Below are positions 49,301 to 61,300 of a DNA stretch of 64,000 nucleotides, in pieces. How positions within the stretch are numbered: the first letter of the stretch is position 1; each line of letters opens with the position of its first letter. The stretch is taken from positions 124,001 through 188,000 of the forward strand of contig JAYWIR010000066.1 in assembly GCA_036172245.1 (NCBI GenBank), read 5' to 3'. Position numbers and translations under genes: made by a program. Origin of the DNA: Raillietiella orientalis. Lineage: Eukaryota. Below the pieces are notes generated by a model, which was not told where the DNA came from, searched no databases, and worked only from the letters and a program-made list of their open reading frames with translations.

Positions 49301-52300
49301 CTTCTTTTTGGCAGCCTCCCCCAAAGACAAAAAAGAAGAAAAAAGAAAGAAAAAAACAGGAGCGAGGCAATGTGACAGCGATCGCGGCACAGCATCCGCA
49401 TGCGGACCAGTCGCGGGGCGAACAGCTGGAGGAGGCGGTAAATCCCACAAGGTGCTCTTTCCTCAGTTCCCCTGAACCTCGTACGAGATCCTCGGGAGGC
49501 ACTGCGTGTCCTCCTTGGAGCGAAGGGGGGGGGGGCAGGGAGAGAAGTGGGCGGTGCCCCGTACCTGAGCATCTTCTCGTGCTCTATCAGCTCCATGATG
49601 TCGATACACCTGTCCTCCTCGGGGATGTGTAGGGCCAACATGGGAATAGGTTCCTCGCAGAGCACGCTCCATCCCCGGATGTCGGACAGCTTCAGCGTGT
49701 GCGCCTTCAGCGTGCTGTTGGGCACCCGCTTCCACGAGTGCCGGGTGAGGCACTGGACCTTCAGCCTCGGCGGGAACTGGAAGGCGGGAAGATCCGCTGT
49801 GGATCAGACCGGCAGCACAGCGCGCGGCGGCGGTCGTGCGCCAACGGAGAAACGAGCGGCTCCGTGTCCACCTCCAGGCGCCCAGGCGAACGGACGTCCA
49901 CCCACCACCGAAAGCCGTCGCTTCTCCGGGGAAATCTGAACCATCTCCTCTGCACGCGCGCTCTTGCGCGCACGTGGATGAGTAGGCGTGGATGCTCACG
50001 TGCCTACACTCGCGGGTGGACGCAAAGACGCCCTAGCGAATTCTCCCCCCTAATCCATCGGGTCAAAGAGACCGGTGACCGTGGATGCCCGCCGTGCAGC
50101 TTGTGGACGCGCATCTTGCACTCTGGTCCTGCCTCCTGCATCCAGAGAAAATCTGGTTTCAATCCCGGGTCCACCGATGTTTATCCGCCGATGGATTTGG
50201 TCCAGCCTGCCTCGACACGCGGTGGAACGGATGTGCAGCAGCTCGCCTCTCTGCAGGAGCAGGGAGAATGAGGGGAGGAGAGTGGTTTGAGGAAACGAAT
50301 GGGGATTCAGCAACGAAGGAATCCGTGCGATGCTAGTGTTTCCAAGCAGTGGTTGTCCCTCTCGAACCCGGAGTCACCTATACGACCTCGTCTCACTTCG
50401 GGGGCAGGGTGCCTCCTCCTCAAGGCAACCCTCGTCGTCCAGATTCCCGCCAATGTGCGGGATGCCTCTGTCCGCTGGCGGACCGTAATCTCTCTGCTAA
50501 TGTCTTGGTCTCGTGCTGCCCTCTTCCTTTTTCCGAGATCTCCGGTGGTTTTCGTTTCCCATGAGGACGCCTGCGCGTTGGTCCCGCCTTTCCGAGGGGA
50601 CCTGATCCTCGGTGCGGTGAACCATCGCGATTCCTCCCCCTTGTCCAAGGGAACCCCAGAGTCCTTGCATGTCCTCATCCCGATCCCCGGAAGAGCGGTC
50701 GACTTGCGAATGGGCGTCCACCCTACCACCTCCATTTAGAGGCGGACCTACGGTGTGGTCTCCGGAGATGCCTCCCAACACCTACTCGCCACAACCGTGC
50801 TCCTGCTGAGCCCTGAGAAAGGTCCTGGCGTAGCTGGGTGATGCCGTGGTGAGACGCGGCACGTGACGACTGTCGACTGAAATTCTAGTCACACCACGTC
50901 TTGACGGTAGCTCACATGGGATGTATGAGGTCGGTGGTCGTCCAACAATTGTGCCCCGGTCAGAGGATGCAACACGATAGACACCCGCGAACGCAATCTT
51001 CCCAGTGCCGCCGCAGACCCCGCAGGAGCACGTGCAGGCGACTTCCGGTGGGTCGCTGCCAGGTTTCCAGCCCCCAATTGCAAGCTGCACGCATGTGCTG
51101 CGATGGGAGTGCAGGCGCCTGTGGGCTCGCTGGCCGATCCAGGGATGGGCGCGCTGCTCTACACCCTGCATTCGCTCCTTCATATCGCGCAAGCGGTTCG
51201 AAACGTAGACGGGTGAACCTGGTGATCCCCGGGCGGGAAGCCTCTGTGGGACATGTACACACACACAAAGATGGAGTAAATTCCCGAGAAATCGCACGGC
51301 GCGCGAGGCTTCGCAGGTTTCCACGAAGCACAAGGACGCGGCCTCTGACCTCCAGCTCCCTGGATCCTTCAGCGGACTGTCTCCGGCGATCACCTGGAGG
51401 GTGTGCCCCCCACCGCTTGGCAACCTCGCCAAGCAACCGGGAGCCGCTTCGCAAAGAGGACCAGCAAATGAGGAAGGGTCGCTTGAAACTGCCAATGGGA
51501 CGCTGTCGATTAAACAAAGTCCCAAAATAGAGTGATGGGAAACTGATAGAGAGAAACCAACCTTCTTCGGGAATGTTCTCGAGGATTTCCGTCGCTGGGC
51601 GGCGAGCTCATCGTTGCCCCCCAGCGCCTGAGGAACCTTGTGCCAGCGGGCGAAGCGCTAAGACTCCAGAAGGTGAAACCGGGATTTCAGTGAAAGCGTC
51701 TCCGAAGAAATAGAAAAGCCACTTAGAACAGGAGCTAAGAGATCCACTTAGAAAGAGAATATAATAATAGAAGGGAGCTACCCTTCCCTATCTTCGGGAT
51801 TTGATTCTTGATTCAAGGAGCTCATGCTACCATCCACAGGTGGCAGTGAAGTACCATGAGGGCACTTTGTGCCCTCATGGTACTTCCTTCCAGTGCCACG
51901 GCTAAAGATAGATCTCTCAATGTGCTTCTTGCTTGGACTGTCTTCTGCAGCTGCTATGGTTGCTTGGATCTTGGCCGCAGGGTTGGTCGGTGACAGGAGG
52001 CCGAGACGGGGGATGTTGCTCGTTGAGACGAGGACGCGAGCGTCTTCGGGACACGAACCCGCACCGGGGGGTTTCTACCCCTGCGGCAAACCCTCTTGCC
52101 GCAACCATGCCGCTGCGCAGGCATGGTTGTGGAAAACATTGCCTCCCCCCGGCGACTCGACTGAGTGCGCTTCGTCTCAGGCAGGGTGCGTCATGCGGCG
52201 CGTGCAGCAGATGCCGCGCCTGCGTTGCGCGCTGGACGACGTCATCCCCAGCGCAACCGATGGCGCTTTCTGCCAGAAAATCGCAGGGGCCGGGGGGAAG

Positions 52301-55300
52301 GCCGCGCCATGCGTTCGATGCCGGCAGCTCCTGTCGCTTGCCCTCGCTTCGTGGGAGGAGCACATCCGGATCCGACGGCCATCGCTTCTCGACGACGTCC
52401 TCCCTGCCAGGGGGGCTGCACGTCGCGAACGAGGCCGCAACCGCCGCAGATGTGAAGCCCGGACGCTGCTTCGTGTGTCTCGCCACTCTCCTCAGCGCAT
52501 TCGGGGATGCCTCGAATGCCGCGTCACTCTTCCCATAGCATTCACCGATGTCCCGTGCATCGCGTCACTGTTTGCGTGTTGAGCCTCTTTGCAGGGCGGA
52601 TGCTATGCAGAGAAAGCCGGCGTCGAGAACCTCGGGCAGTGGCACCACTGGGGACATGTTACTTCCGCAGCTTTCCTTTGCTTCTCTCTTCGCGCAGCCT
52701 CCGCAGTTCTGCTGGTCCTCCTTCCCTTCGAGCACCTCGAGCTGGGTTGCCCGTAGCCGCAGGAGACTGAAGAGGGAACGCATCTTCTTGTGCGGGACGT
52801 CTGCTGAGAAGGCCCTCAGCACGGGAGCTCGTCACCGTCCCTCTCGCTCCGTTCGTCACGATCCGCTGCTCTTCATGAGGTCACCCTCGGGACTCGGAAC
52901 GATCACATCGCCGCCGGGTCGTCGCGTTCACCCCGGCAGATGTTCTCTCGCGGTCGCAAAAAGCGCGCATGACTTCGCCTCAAACGAAATGACCTGGCGA
53001 CCCCGAGCGAGAAGGTCGCGAGCGCTCGCCGCGCTGCGGTGTATATGCGGCGCAGCACGGCGAGCACGGATTCTTCATCCCTCTCCATTCTTCCCCCGAC
53101 AGGAGGAGAAGAATGACGAGAAAGTGAGGAAGAAGGACTTGGGGGTATTTCCTGAGCTTCCCTGGAGAAGCCGTGTGGACGGGCAGTGGGGTCTCAGGCT
53201 GCCCGTTCCGGGTGGACCTCAAGGGCGAAGACGCGGAAGTGCAGCGGCCTTGAGAACGGGCGGCGGCGCTCTCGCCGTTTGAGGTGTGCAACTGGACAGC
53301 TGCGCCCTCGGGCTACACGAGCCACCAGCGCCACCTCAGGCCACTTCAGACGAAGGGACGGCTGTCTCCGACAAACCGCAGCGAACTTTCCCGAAGCTGT
53401 ACGTACACATCCGCGCGTGGTTCGAAGGACCGTCGAAAAGAAACACGCGGGCGCCCTCTCTTCTATGTACACATCGCGAGGAGCATACGAAGTTGTTTGA
53501 ACACACGTAGTTATTCGTATTCGTTAACAGCAATATTATATTGCAATGCACATATTTATTAAGAATCAGCGACATCCGCTTCATTAATAAAATTAATAAA
53601 TTGTGGATTATATTGTCGATATACATATGAAAGATTACGAAAAATAAATACATATTCATGTACCTATTTATACTAGGATTAATGCATGGGTTCATATACA
53701 TCATGAAGATTTCAGGAACGATCACATATGCTCATTATATGCTTTGATGTACATATTTACACACATATTTATATTATCTATAAATATTGATGCACATAAT
53801 GAACTTTTACACTCCTTTTTTATAATCTCTAATCTATATATCAACAATTTAATCCGCAACTTATTAATTCTATTGATAAAATGTATATCGCTGAGTCTTA
53901 ATGAATACATCTATCACTGCTAATGATAAGTACGTGAGTAAATATGAATGACTACGGATATTAAAATAAATTTGCATATTTAGCTATGTAGAATAAGCAT
54001 GTATACTTATTTTTTATAATCCCCATGACATGCATTAATCCATATATTGATCTTTATATAAATGAATACATGGATTAATGCATATCATGGAAATTATAAA
54101 ACTAAATAACATGCATATATACTTATTTTTTATAATATTCAATGTGCGTATATCATGAGTTGACACGTATCATAAAGATTTTAACACATACGAAATCACA
54201 TACGCTCATAATGCGCACGGATATATGTATTTACACACATATTTGCTATTCATAAATGCTGGTGCCTATGTAATAAGCTTAAATACTCATTTTTTAGAAT
54301 CTCTGATGTACATATCAGCAGCATAATCCACAACTTATTAATTTTTATTAATACAATGTATAATATCACGAAATCTTAATAAGTGCATGCGTTTCAATAA
54401 AATTCCTGTTAACAGTATGTTAACATTTTTAATAAATGAAAAAAATATACGAATAACTATGGATATGAAAAACAAATTTGTGCCCGCGTTGGTTTATGTT
54501 CGTTCGGGATCGCTATCGGTACGCATACGCATCGAATACCACGAAAAAAAATAGAGAGTCACCGTAATACATAACGCGTGTGATTTTGGATTGTACTGCC
54601 GTATTGCGCACGCTGTACATTTCGTATGTTTCATTTATTCCCGTCTCGAGCGGCCGTGCAGCGCGCCAACGGCGCACCTGCTCTGCGCGCACGTGGGGGG
54701 GGGTCGTTCCCGCGTGTTCCGAGGCGGAGGCGCGCGCGCCCGTGGCCCTCGGCCGCAGCCGCGGTCGGAGGGCGATCTCAGGGGGGGAGCGGGAGACCTC
54801 CCCTCTCACCCGCCCCCTTCCCGGAGAGGACGTCCGCGGGACCGAGCTGTGACGTCGTGGGGACGGAGGGGGGCTGGCGGCGACGGCGCCCGTGACGCCG
54901 CAGTTCCGTCCCGCCCTTCTCCGGCGGGCGCTGCGCACAGGACGCGCCCGGTTCGCTTGCCGCGCAGGGGTGGCCCGGAGGGACCGACCTCTTGCGGCTC
55001 GGGTCTCACCTGGGGGTTGAAGTGCTTCTCCGAGTTCCTGAGCACCGCCGAGGAGAGGGGCAGGGTGGTGGGGCTGTTGCCCAGCTCGAACTGGAGGATG
55101 TCCTTGCTGGTCGCGGTCACGAAGACGGCTGGGAACAGCTTCGCGCCCGGTTCGACCTGGAACTGGTGCTTCGTCTCTTTGCCCTCGCAGGTGAAGCCAA
55201 GGACCCCGGTCGAGGTGTCGACGTAACACCCCACGACCATCCCTTGGGAAGAAATCTTGCCCAGGGGCTCCATCTGGTTGACCTCGGCGTGCAGGTCGCC

Positions 55301-58300
55301 GGCGCACACCACGTAGCAGTTCTGGAGGACGGTGCTGCCCGAAGAATAGGGGGAGGAGGGGAAAAGAGGGGAAAGGTGAAACTCTGCCCGAGGCTCGGCG
55401 AGTCAACTCACTGGTTCTCCTTGCTGCTGACCACCACATGGGCGACACTGTCCATCGCGAACGCGGGGGCGTGCTCGTGGAACTGGGTGGTCACCCATCC
55501 GACGTGCACGTGGTTGGGGTCCTGCCCGGGGAAGATCCTCACGCCGAAGAAGTACTCGTTCATGAGCTTCAGGCAGTAGTCGTCGTACACGAATTCCTCT
55601 TCCGCTTCCGGGAAGTTCTGGTCGCTGGGGAACATCATCACGGAGGACCGCTTCTTGACCATGGCCATGCTCGGCGGCTTCAGTCCGTCCGGCTTCCGTT
55701 CCTACCAGGAGAGAGGAAGGTGGCACTCTGGGAAGAGAAAGGGCTGCGCAGATGTCGGGCCCGGGGGATGGGGGCGTCAGGGGACGTGGCACCCCAAGGT
55801 ACCAGCGAAGCCACTCCCCAGGCACGGGGATACGCGCGACATCAGAAAGCAGAGGCGAGCGACCTTCCGGTCGCCAGGTTGGGCGGCGACGACCACCGCC
55901 GGTTTAAAGAGCGCCATCTTCTTTTTTTCCCTACAGGCCCGTAGAGATCGCCGTGGCGCGGTGGCGGCGACGACGACGCCACGTCACGCGCTCCGCACGG
56001 ATAGCAGCAGCGCCCAAGGTGGGGAAAGGCGCGTCTCAGGGCATCATCGCGGACCCAGCTGACTCCCACGGCCCGGTCGATGAGTCGACCCGCGGGAGAT
56101 GCCCTCGAGCGTCCTCGGCGCACGGACGCAGCAGCTGCTTACCGTGGAGAACCGAGTGGACTTCTGCACGTGCCTGTTGCTCGGCACGCAGAGGCGGTCG
56201 TGCGGTTCGCCCTCCGGGAGCGACGCCGGCGCCTTGGAGCTTTGAGCGTGCTCCTTGCTCTTTCTGAAGAACCTATGGGGGAGGAGGAGAGAGTGAGGTC
56301 CGTCCCCCATGGAGAGGCAAGGAGTGGGACGCTCTCCTACCCGAACGGCGAGATGCCCCGCTTCTTGCTGTGCTTCGGCTCCTTGGCCTCCTTCGTGAGG
56401 CCCTCCGCTTCGGGCCGCTCGTTCTGCTGCATGCTGATGGCGATCTCGCTGACGGTGCGCACGAGGTTGCCTGGAAAAGCCCCGCGTCACCAAGAGGGAG
56501 GACAAGGGCAGGCGAGCCGCACGCTTGCCGCCTCAGTGGAAGAGGGTCGAAGTCTTCCGCCCGCATGCCCCCCCCCCCACCTCTCCCTCCAAGGCCCGGG
56601 GCCAGCAGCGACCCTTGGTGCCCCGCGCGTGGCCGTCCAAAACGTGTTGACGCGGCCCCGCCCCGGCCGGAAGGGGTGGAGTGTCGAAGGAGGGGTGGGG
56701 GGGAAGGTGAGAGAGAAACGAGGGGCGAGCCGTTCTTCCGGGAGCGAGACGGAAGGCAGACGAGAGGAGAAGCTGGACCAAAAGAGGCTGCAAGTACGAG
56801 GAGGGAGACAGCCCTTCGAGGAGGAAGGAGCAGGCGCGCAGCGGAATCCCCGCGCTGCCGCTTGCTTCCTGGGGGGACGTGGGGAGGGCCTTTGGACTCC
56901 CTCACCGTGAAACAAGCCCACAAGAGACCTCGTCCTTCCCAGGAATCCATGGAAACCGGAAGCGCCACACCTCTGCTCTCCGCGTGCCGAAGCTGTTCCG
57001 GCAGCGCACGGAAACTCAGGCTGGATTTCCAGAGTTTCGGAAAATCCGTCCCCTTTTCCCCTGCCCGTTTCCGCTCGTCACTAGGCAACCGATCACCAAA
57101 GCAAAGGTGGTTCACAGTCTTGGAGTCGATCCTTGACCAGTGCTACCCTTCCGGCACTGCTTGGTTGTTCTTGCACGGAGCTGCGGCTTTCCCGCCCTGA
57201 GAGTTCGTATGCCCCACCGTCTCGACCGTGTCGTTAACTACTCTTCGAAGCCCAAGTGCCACTGGCGGAGACGCGAGAGATGGCAAAATCTGGGGAAAGC
57301 GCCGCCGGGCTTTCCCGTCCTTCCCCTTGCGACCCGGTGTGAATTATGACATCCTCCGGGAATGGTTTTCCTGAAGCTTCCCGCCTCACTGCTCTGTGGT
57401 GGCTCTCCCTGACACGGGGGAGGTCGCAGACGAGTGCGCGTGAAACGCCACGGAGAGTGAAGACACCCTGAGTCACCGCTTCCGTCTCGACGATCCGAAG
57501 AAGCATAGGACGCGTTCGTCCATGACGTCCAGGAGCTTGGAAGGCATGGCGGAAGCGTTACAAAGGTCACGTGCATGGAAAGAGGAACAGTGTGGGGGCC
57601 ACGCGCGCTCCCTTTTTCGGTCTCGGGAGGAACGAAAGCCATCCTTCCCCGCTCATCGGGACCACGGGACCACGGGAACGACAGCTCTGTGCAGGAGCTG
57701 GAAAGACTGTCAAAACGTGTGCAGACCTGCTCCGCGGGATGTTGGCGTCCTCCCGCATCTGTGACGGCCGGGATATCCGGCGGACGCTCCGGCCACGGCG
57801 CCCTCCAAGCGACAGGGCGCAGCCGTGCTCGGCCGCTTAGCGGTGAAGCCACGGTGCCCGAGAAGAAGGGTGCGAGTTCGAATTCCGGCAGCAGCGTGAA
57901 CTCTCAAAACGGTGCTCCCACCCAACTCAAGGGTCGGCCCTGCAGCTCCTCGGAGCTCTCGCGTCACCTCTTCATTCTGCGGATCCCGGCGCTCTGCTTT
58001 TCGTACCCTCAGGGCTGGGACAGTCCCACGAACGCCCTTAGTTGACCGGCAGTCGGCGGGGCCTTTGCGTTCGGTCGCCTTTCTTTCCCGAGCACTGCTG
58101 AGCGCTCCAGGCGGGCTCTCGAAGGGGAAGGACACGTACAGAACGACGGTCTTCCCCCCCGTCGCGCGGTGCCCGATTTACAGGGGTCCACTCAGGAGGT
58201 GGACGAGTCTCAGGGTCTGTCCACCGCCGTCTTCAGGAGGTGGAACCACGCGCCGTGTCGTCGCCGAACGTGCTGCGGAGAGTGACGCAACGCACATAGC

Positions 58301-61300
58301 AGTGACGTAGCATACGGAACATCGCCGAATGCGCTGGGGAGAGTGGCGAGACACACGAAGCAGCGTCCGGGCTTCACATCTGCGGCGGTTGCGGCCTCGT
58401 TCGCGACGTGCAGCCCCCCTGGCAGGGAGGACGTCGTCGAGAAGCGATGGCCGTCGGATCCGGATGTGCTCCTCCCACGAAGCGAGGGCAAGCGACAGGA
58501 GCTGCCGGCATCGAACGCATGGCGCGGCCTTCCCCCCGGCCCCTGCGATTTTCTGGCAGAAAGCGCCATCGGTTGCGCTGGGGATGACGTCGTCCAGCGC
58601 GCAACGCAGGCGCGGCATCTGCTGCACGCGCCGCATGACGCACCCTGCCTGAGACGAAGCGCACTCAGGAATGGTAGTATGCCTCGGTCGACCTTGGACC
58701 ACAGGATGACCCAACCGCCGTTTGCTGCGACGTGGTAGCGGTAGTTGGACATTTTGCCTCTGGCTACTTCATCTGTCTTCAGTTACTTCTTTGAATATCC
58801 CAAAGCAGCAGCGCGTGTTATTCATCCTAAGTGCCCTCCCAACAAACCTTTAGCATGCTGAATGCTGCATGTCTTGCATCAGTAGCAAAGAGTTCTTTCG
58901 AAGGAGCGACATGACATCTCGCTTCTTCTCGAGGATAGTCAAGATCTTTTGTAGAGGTTTAAATTTGAGGAGTCCGTAAAAGACCAAGCTAAACGTATCG
59001 AAGGTGGAAAGAGACGAGACAACGCAGTAGCACAACGAGTTGATCGTGTTGAGAACGGTGGACGCAGGACGACTGCGAGGGAACGCGACCTTGACGTACT
59101 TTCTCACCAAAAGTCCGTTCCTCCTCGTAGCTGGACAAGCAAAAGCTACCAGACCATCTACGAAAACTCCGAGTGCAGGCGGAGAGAAGGTGGACACGGA
59201 TCACGGAAGATACTCAGACAGGTACTCAGAATGCATCGAAGGTCAAGTTTGTTCATCAAGGGTCTCCCACGTTGACCCCATCCTCTCTGTCTAGCACATG
59301 AGAGAGGGCCCTTTGGACGTGGCCAGCTGTAAACTCATCTTCAGCTGCCCATCAGAAGGAAGCACCTGCCATCGTCATGGACCAGCGGGGTGCAACCTTC
59401 CCCCCCCTCCCTTCTTCCCCCCATCAACTGGCCGCCGGTGGACTCGGCCCCGCGCGCGCGAATCAACAATGGGGCGTGTCGGTTCCGTCCGTTACGTCAC
59501 TCTCGCACCAGCCAGAACGATATGAGCCCTCGGGTGGACGGAGCCGTGGTTGAGAGCCTTTCGGGAAGATTCCGGAAGGTTCTCCGAGACGAGCGTGCTG
59601 CTTCCCGCACACGTGGCGCACGCGGGCTCGGGCAGGAAGAGATGCGCGCCAGGTGACGGCTCGTCCTGCGCCAGCTAATTCGGCGAGAAATTCTCGTCGC
59701 CGCCACCTTCGTTCGGACCAACCGTCCCGGAAAGGGGACGTTCAGTCCTCTTTGCCCGCGTTGACCCCCTCCGTGCACGTGGACACGCTCGCCTGCCTAG
59801 AGTGTGTGCGACGCCCCTACGTGTGCATGTGCATGCTCTTTCTTTCCTGTCAGCTGACCGTTTCGGAGGGAGGGAGGGTGGCACGGTGGGGGCGCGCGCC
59901 GTGTGTTGCCGAGGTGATGGCTGCAGTGGCAAGCAGGTGCCGTGCTGGAAGTTCGCCCTACTCTGTCTGAACAGGATGCGTGGAACCGCGCCCACGAAAG
60001 CAGAATCACCCTTCCTTTTGCCAAATCCTTCGGGCATTTCGGGCCCGCTTCGATGGCGAACCGACTCGTATCCTTGGAATCCGGAGGCCCTCGATCTCAG
60101 GGCAAACATTTTCTTCTTAATGGGCTGTAGGTTGGTGTTGCAAGTGTGGTCTTGCAAGAAGCACAACGGTGTTTGGTTCAGGGTTTTCGCTTACTGACTT
60201 CAAGGTGCTCTTTCGCGCTCTTTCTGTTTGTTTCGGGAGCCGGCTGTTAACCATCCCTAAGGCTTCACCGCTAAGCGGCCGAGCACGACTGCGCCCATCG
60301 CTTAAATGCAAAATTCGAGTGGCTGGCGGGTGAACGAGTGGCGGGGAACCCCTGCAGCTTCCTGAAACTACCGCGAGATTCCGCGAACGCAAAGGAAGGA
60401 TGCTGCACCCCTCGCGGACCTTCTGGCGCTCGCAATCGCAAAGCTCACTCCTTTGCTCCTCGCTGGCGCTCATGGAGTAGTTTCTGCCTATGCCGCCGTG
60501 CACGGGCGAATTCTCGTTTGCCGGTCTGTTCAGCATAACCTCGTCGGATTCCACAGCGTCTTCGGGGATCCCGTTCTCCAATCCCGAGATCCCTAGGGGA
60601 AAGGAACGTTCGCAGGTTAATTCTGAGGTTCCTGTGCAGTGTCCGCGCACCTTTGATATCAGACAAGGAGAATCCAGACTGCAGGATGGTGTTGATGTGG
60701 CTGCTGGTGTTGGCTCGCATCTCGGTCCTGAGGCGATGCTGCCGGATGCGGATCTGATTCCATCTCTTCTCCTTTTCCTCCTCGCTGGAAACAGAATGAT
60801 GGTGAGGAGCTCCCCTCGGTCGTTCCCGGCGTCGGGAGCGATGGTTCGGGGAAGACTTCCCTCCCCCTTTCTTCCTGGTGGCGTGCTGCTCGCGTTGGGA
60901 AGGCGGAGGCATCTCGTGGAGGAGGTGGGAAAAGGAGAGCAAGCTGGGGAGGCAAGGACGCGAAGGGAAACGCCTGCAGGCCGTGCTGCGAGCTCCCGGA
61001 AGAGCGGAGAAGGGGAGAATCAGATTCCGGAGGACTCTCTTTTGCCTTCCCTTCCGAAACCAGGGCTGCGGGAAGCAAGAGTTCCCACGCGAGGAGGAAC
61101 CGAGGGGAGAGGAGTGGCAGTGGTCCCTCGAGCGCGCGCGTCCTCCGGCGGGGAGGCGGGGCGGGCGCGGACTCACTCTATGAACTGGTCCTGGCAGGTC
61201 ACCGGCAGGGAGAGCCGGAAGTACTCCGAGGTGGACTTTTCGAGGCTCTCGGAACTCTTGTGGGTGATCTTGAGGCACGGGGGAGACTCCGAGCCTGCCG

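Noticed and set aside
48480..49632. 340-aa and 277-aa overlapping ORFs
   Set aside because: Low-complexity intronic translations with no recognisable domain.
51450..51800. LRR-like fragment ([19 protein letters not shown])
   Set aside because: One weak motif only.
58720..59290. Membrane-protein (chemoreceptor-like) gene fragment
   Set aside because: A single hydrophobic stretch without exon structure; cannot be supported without a search.
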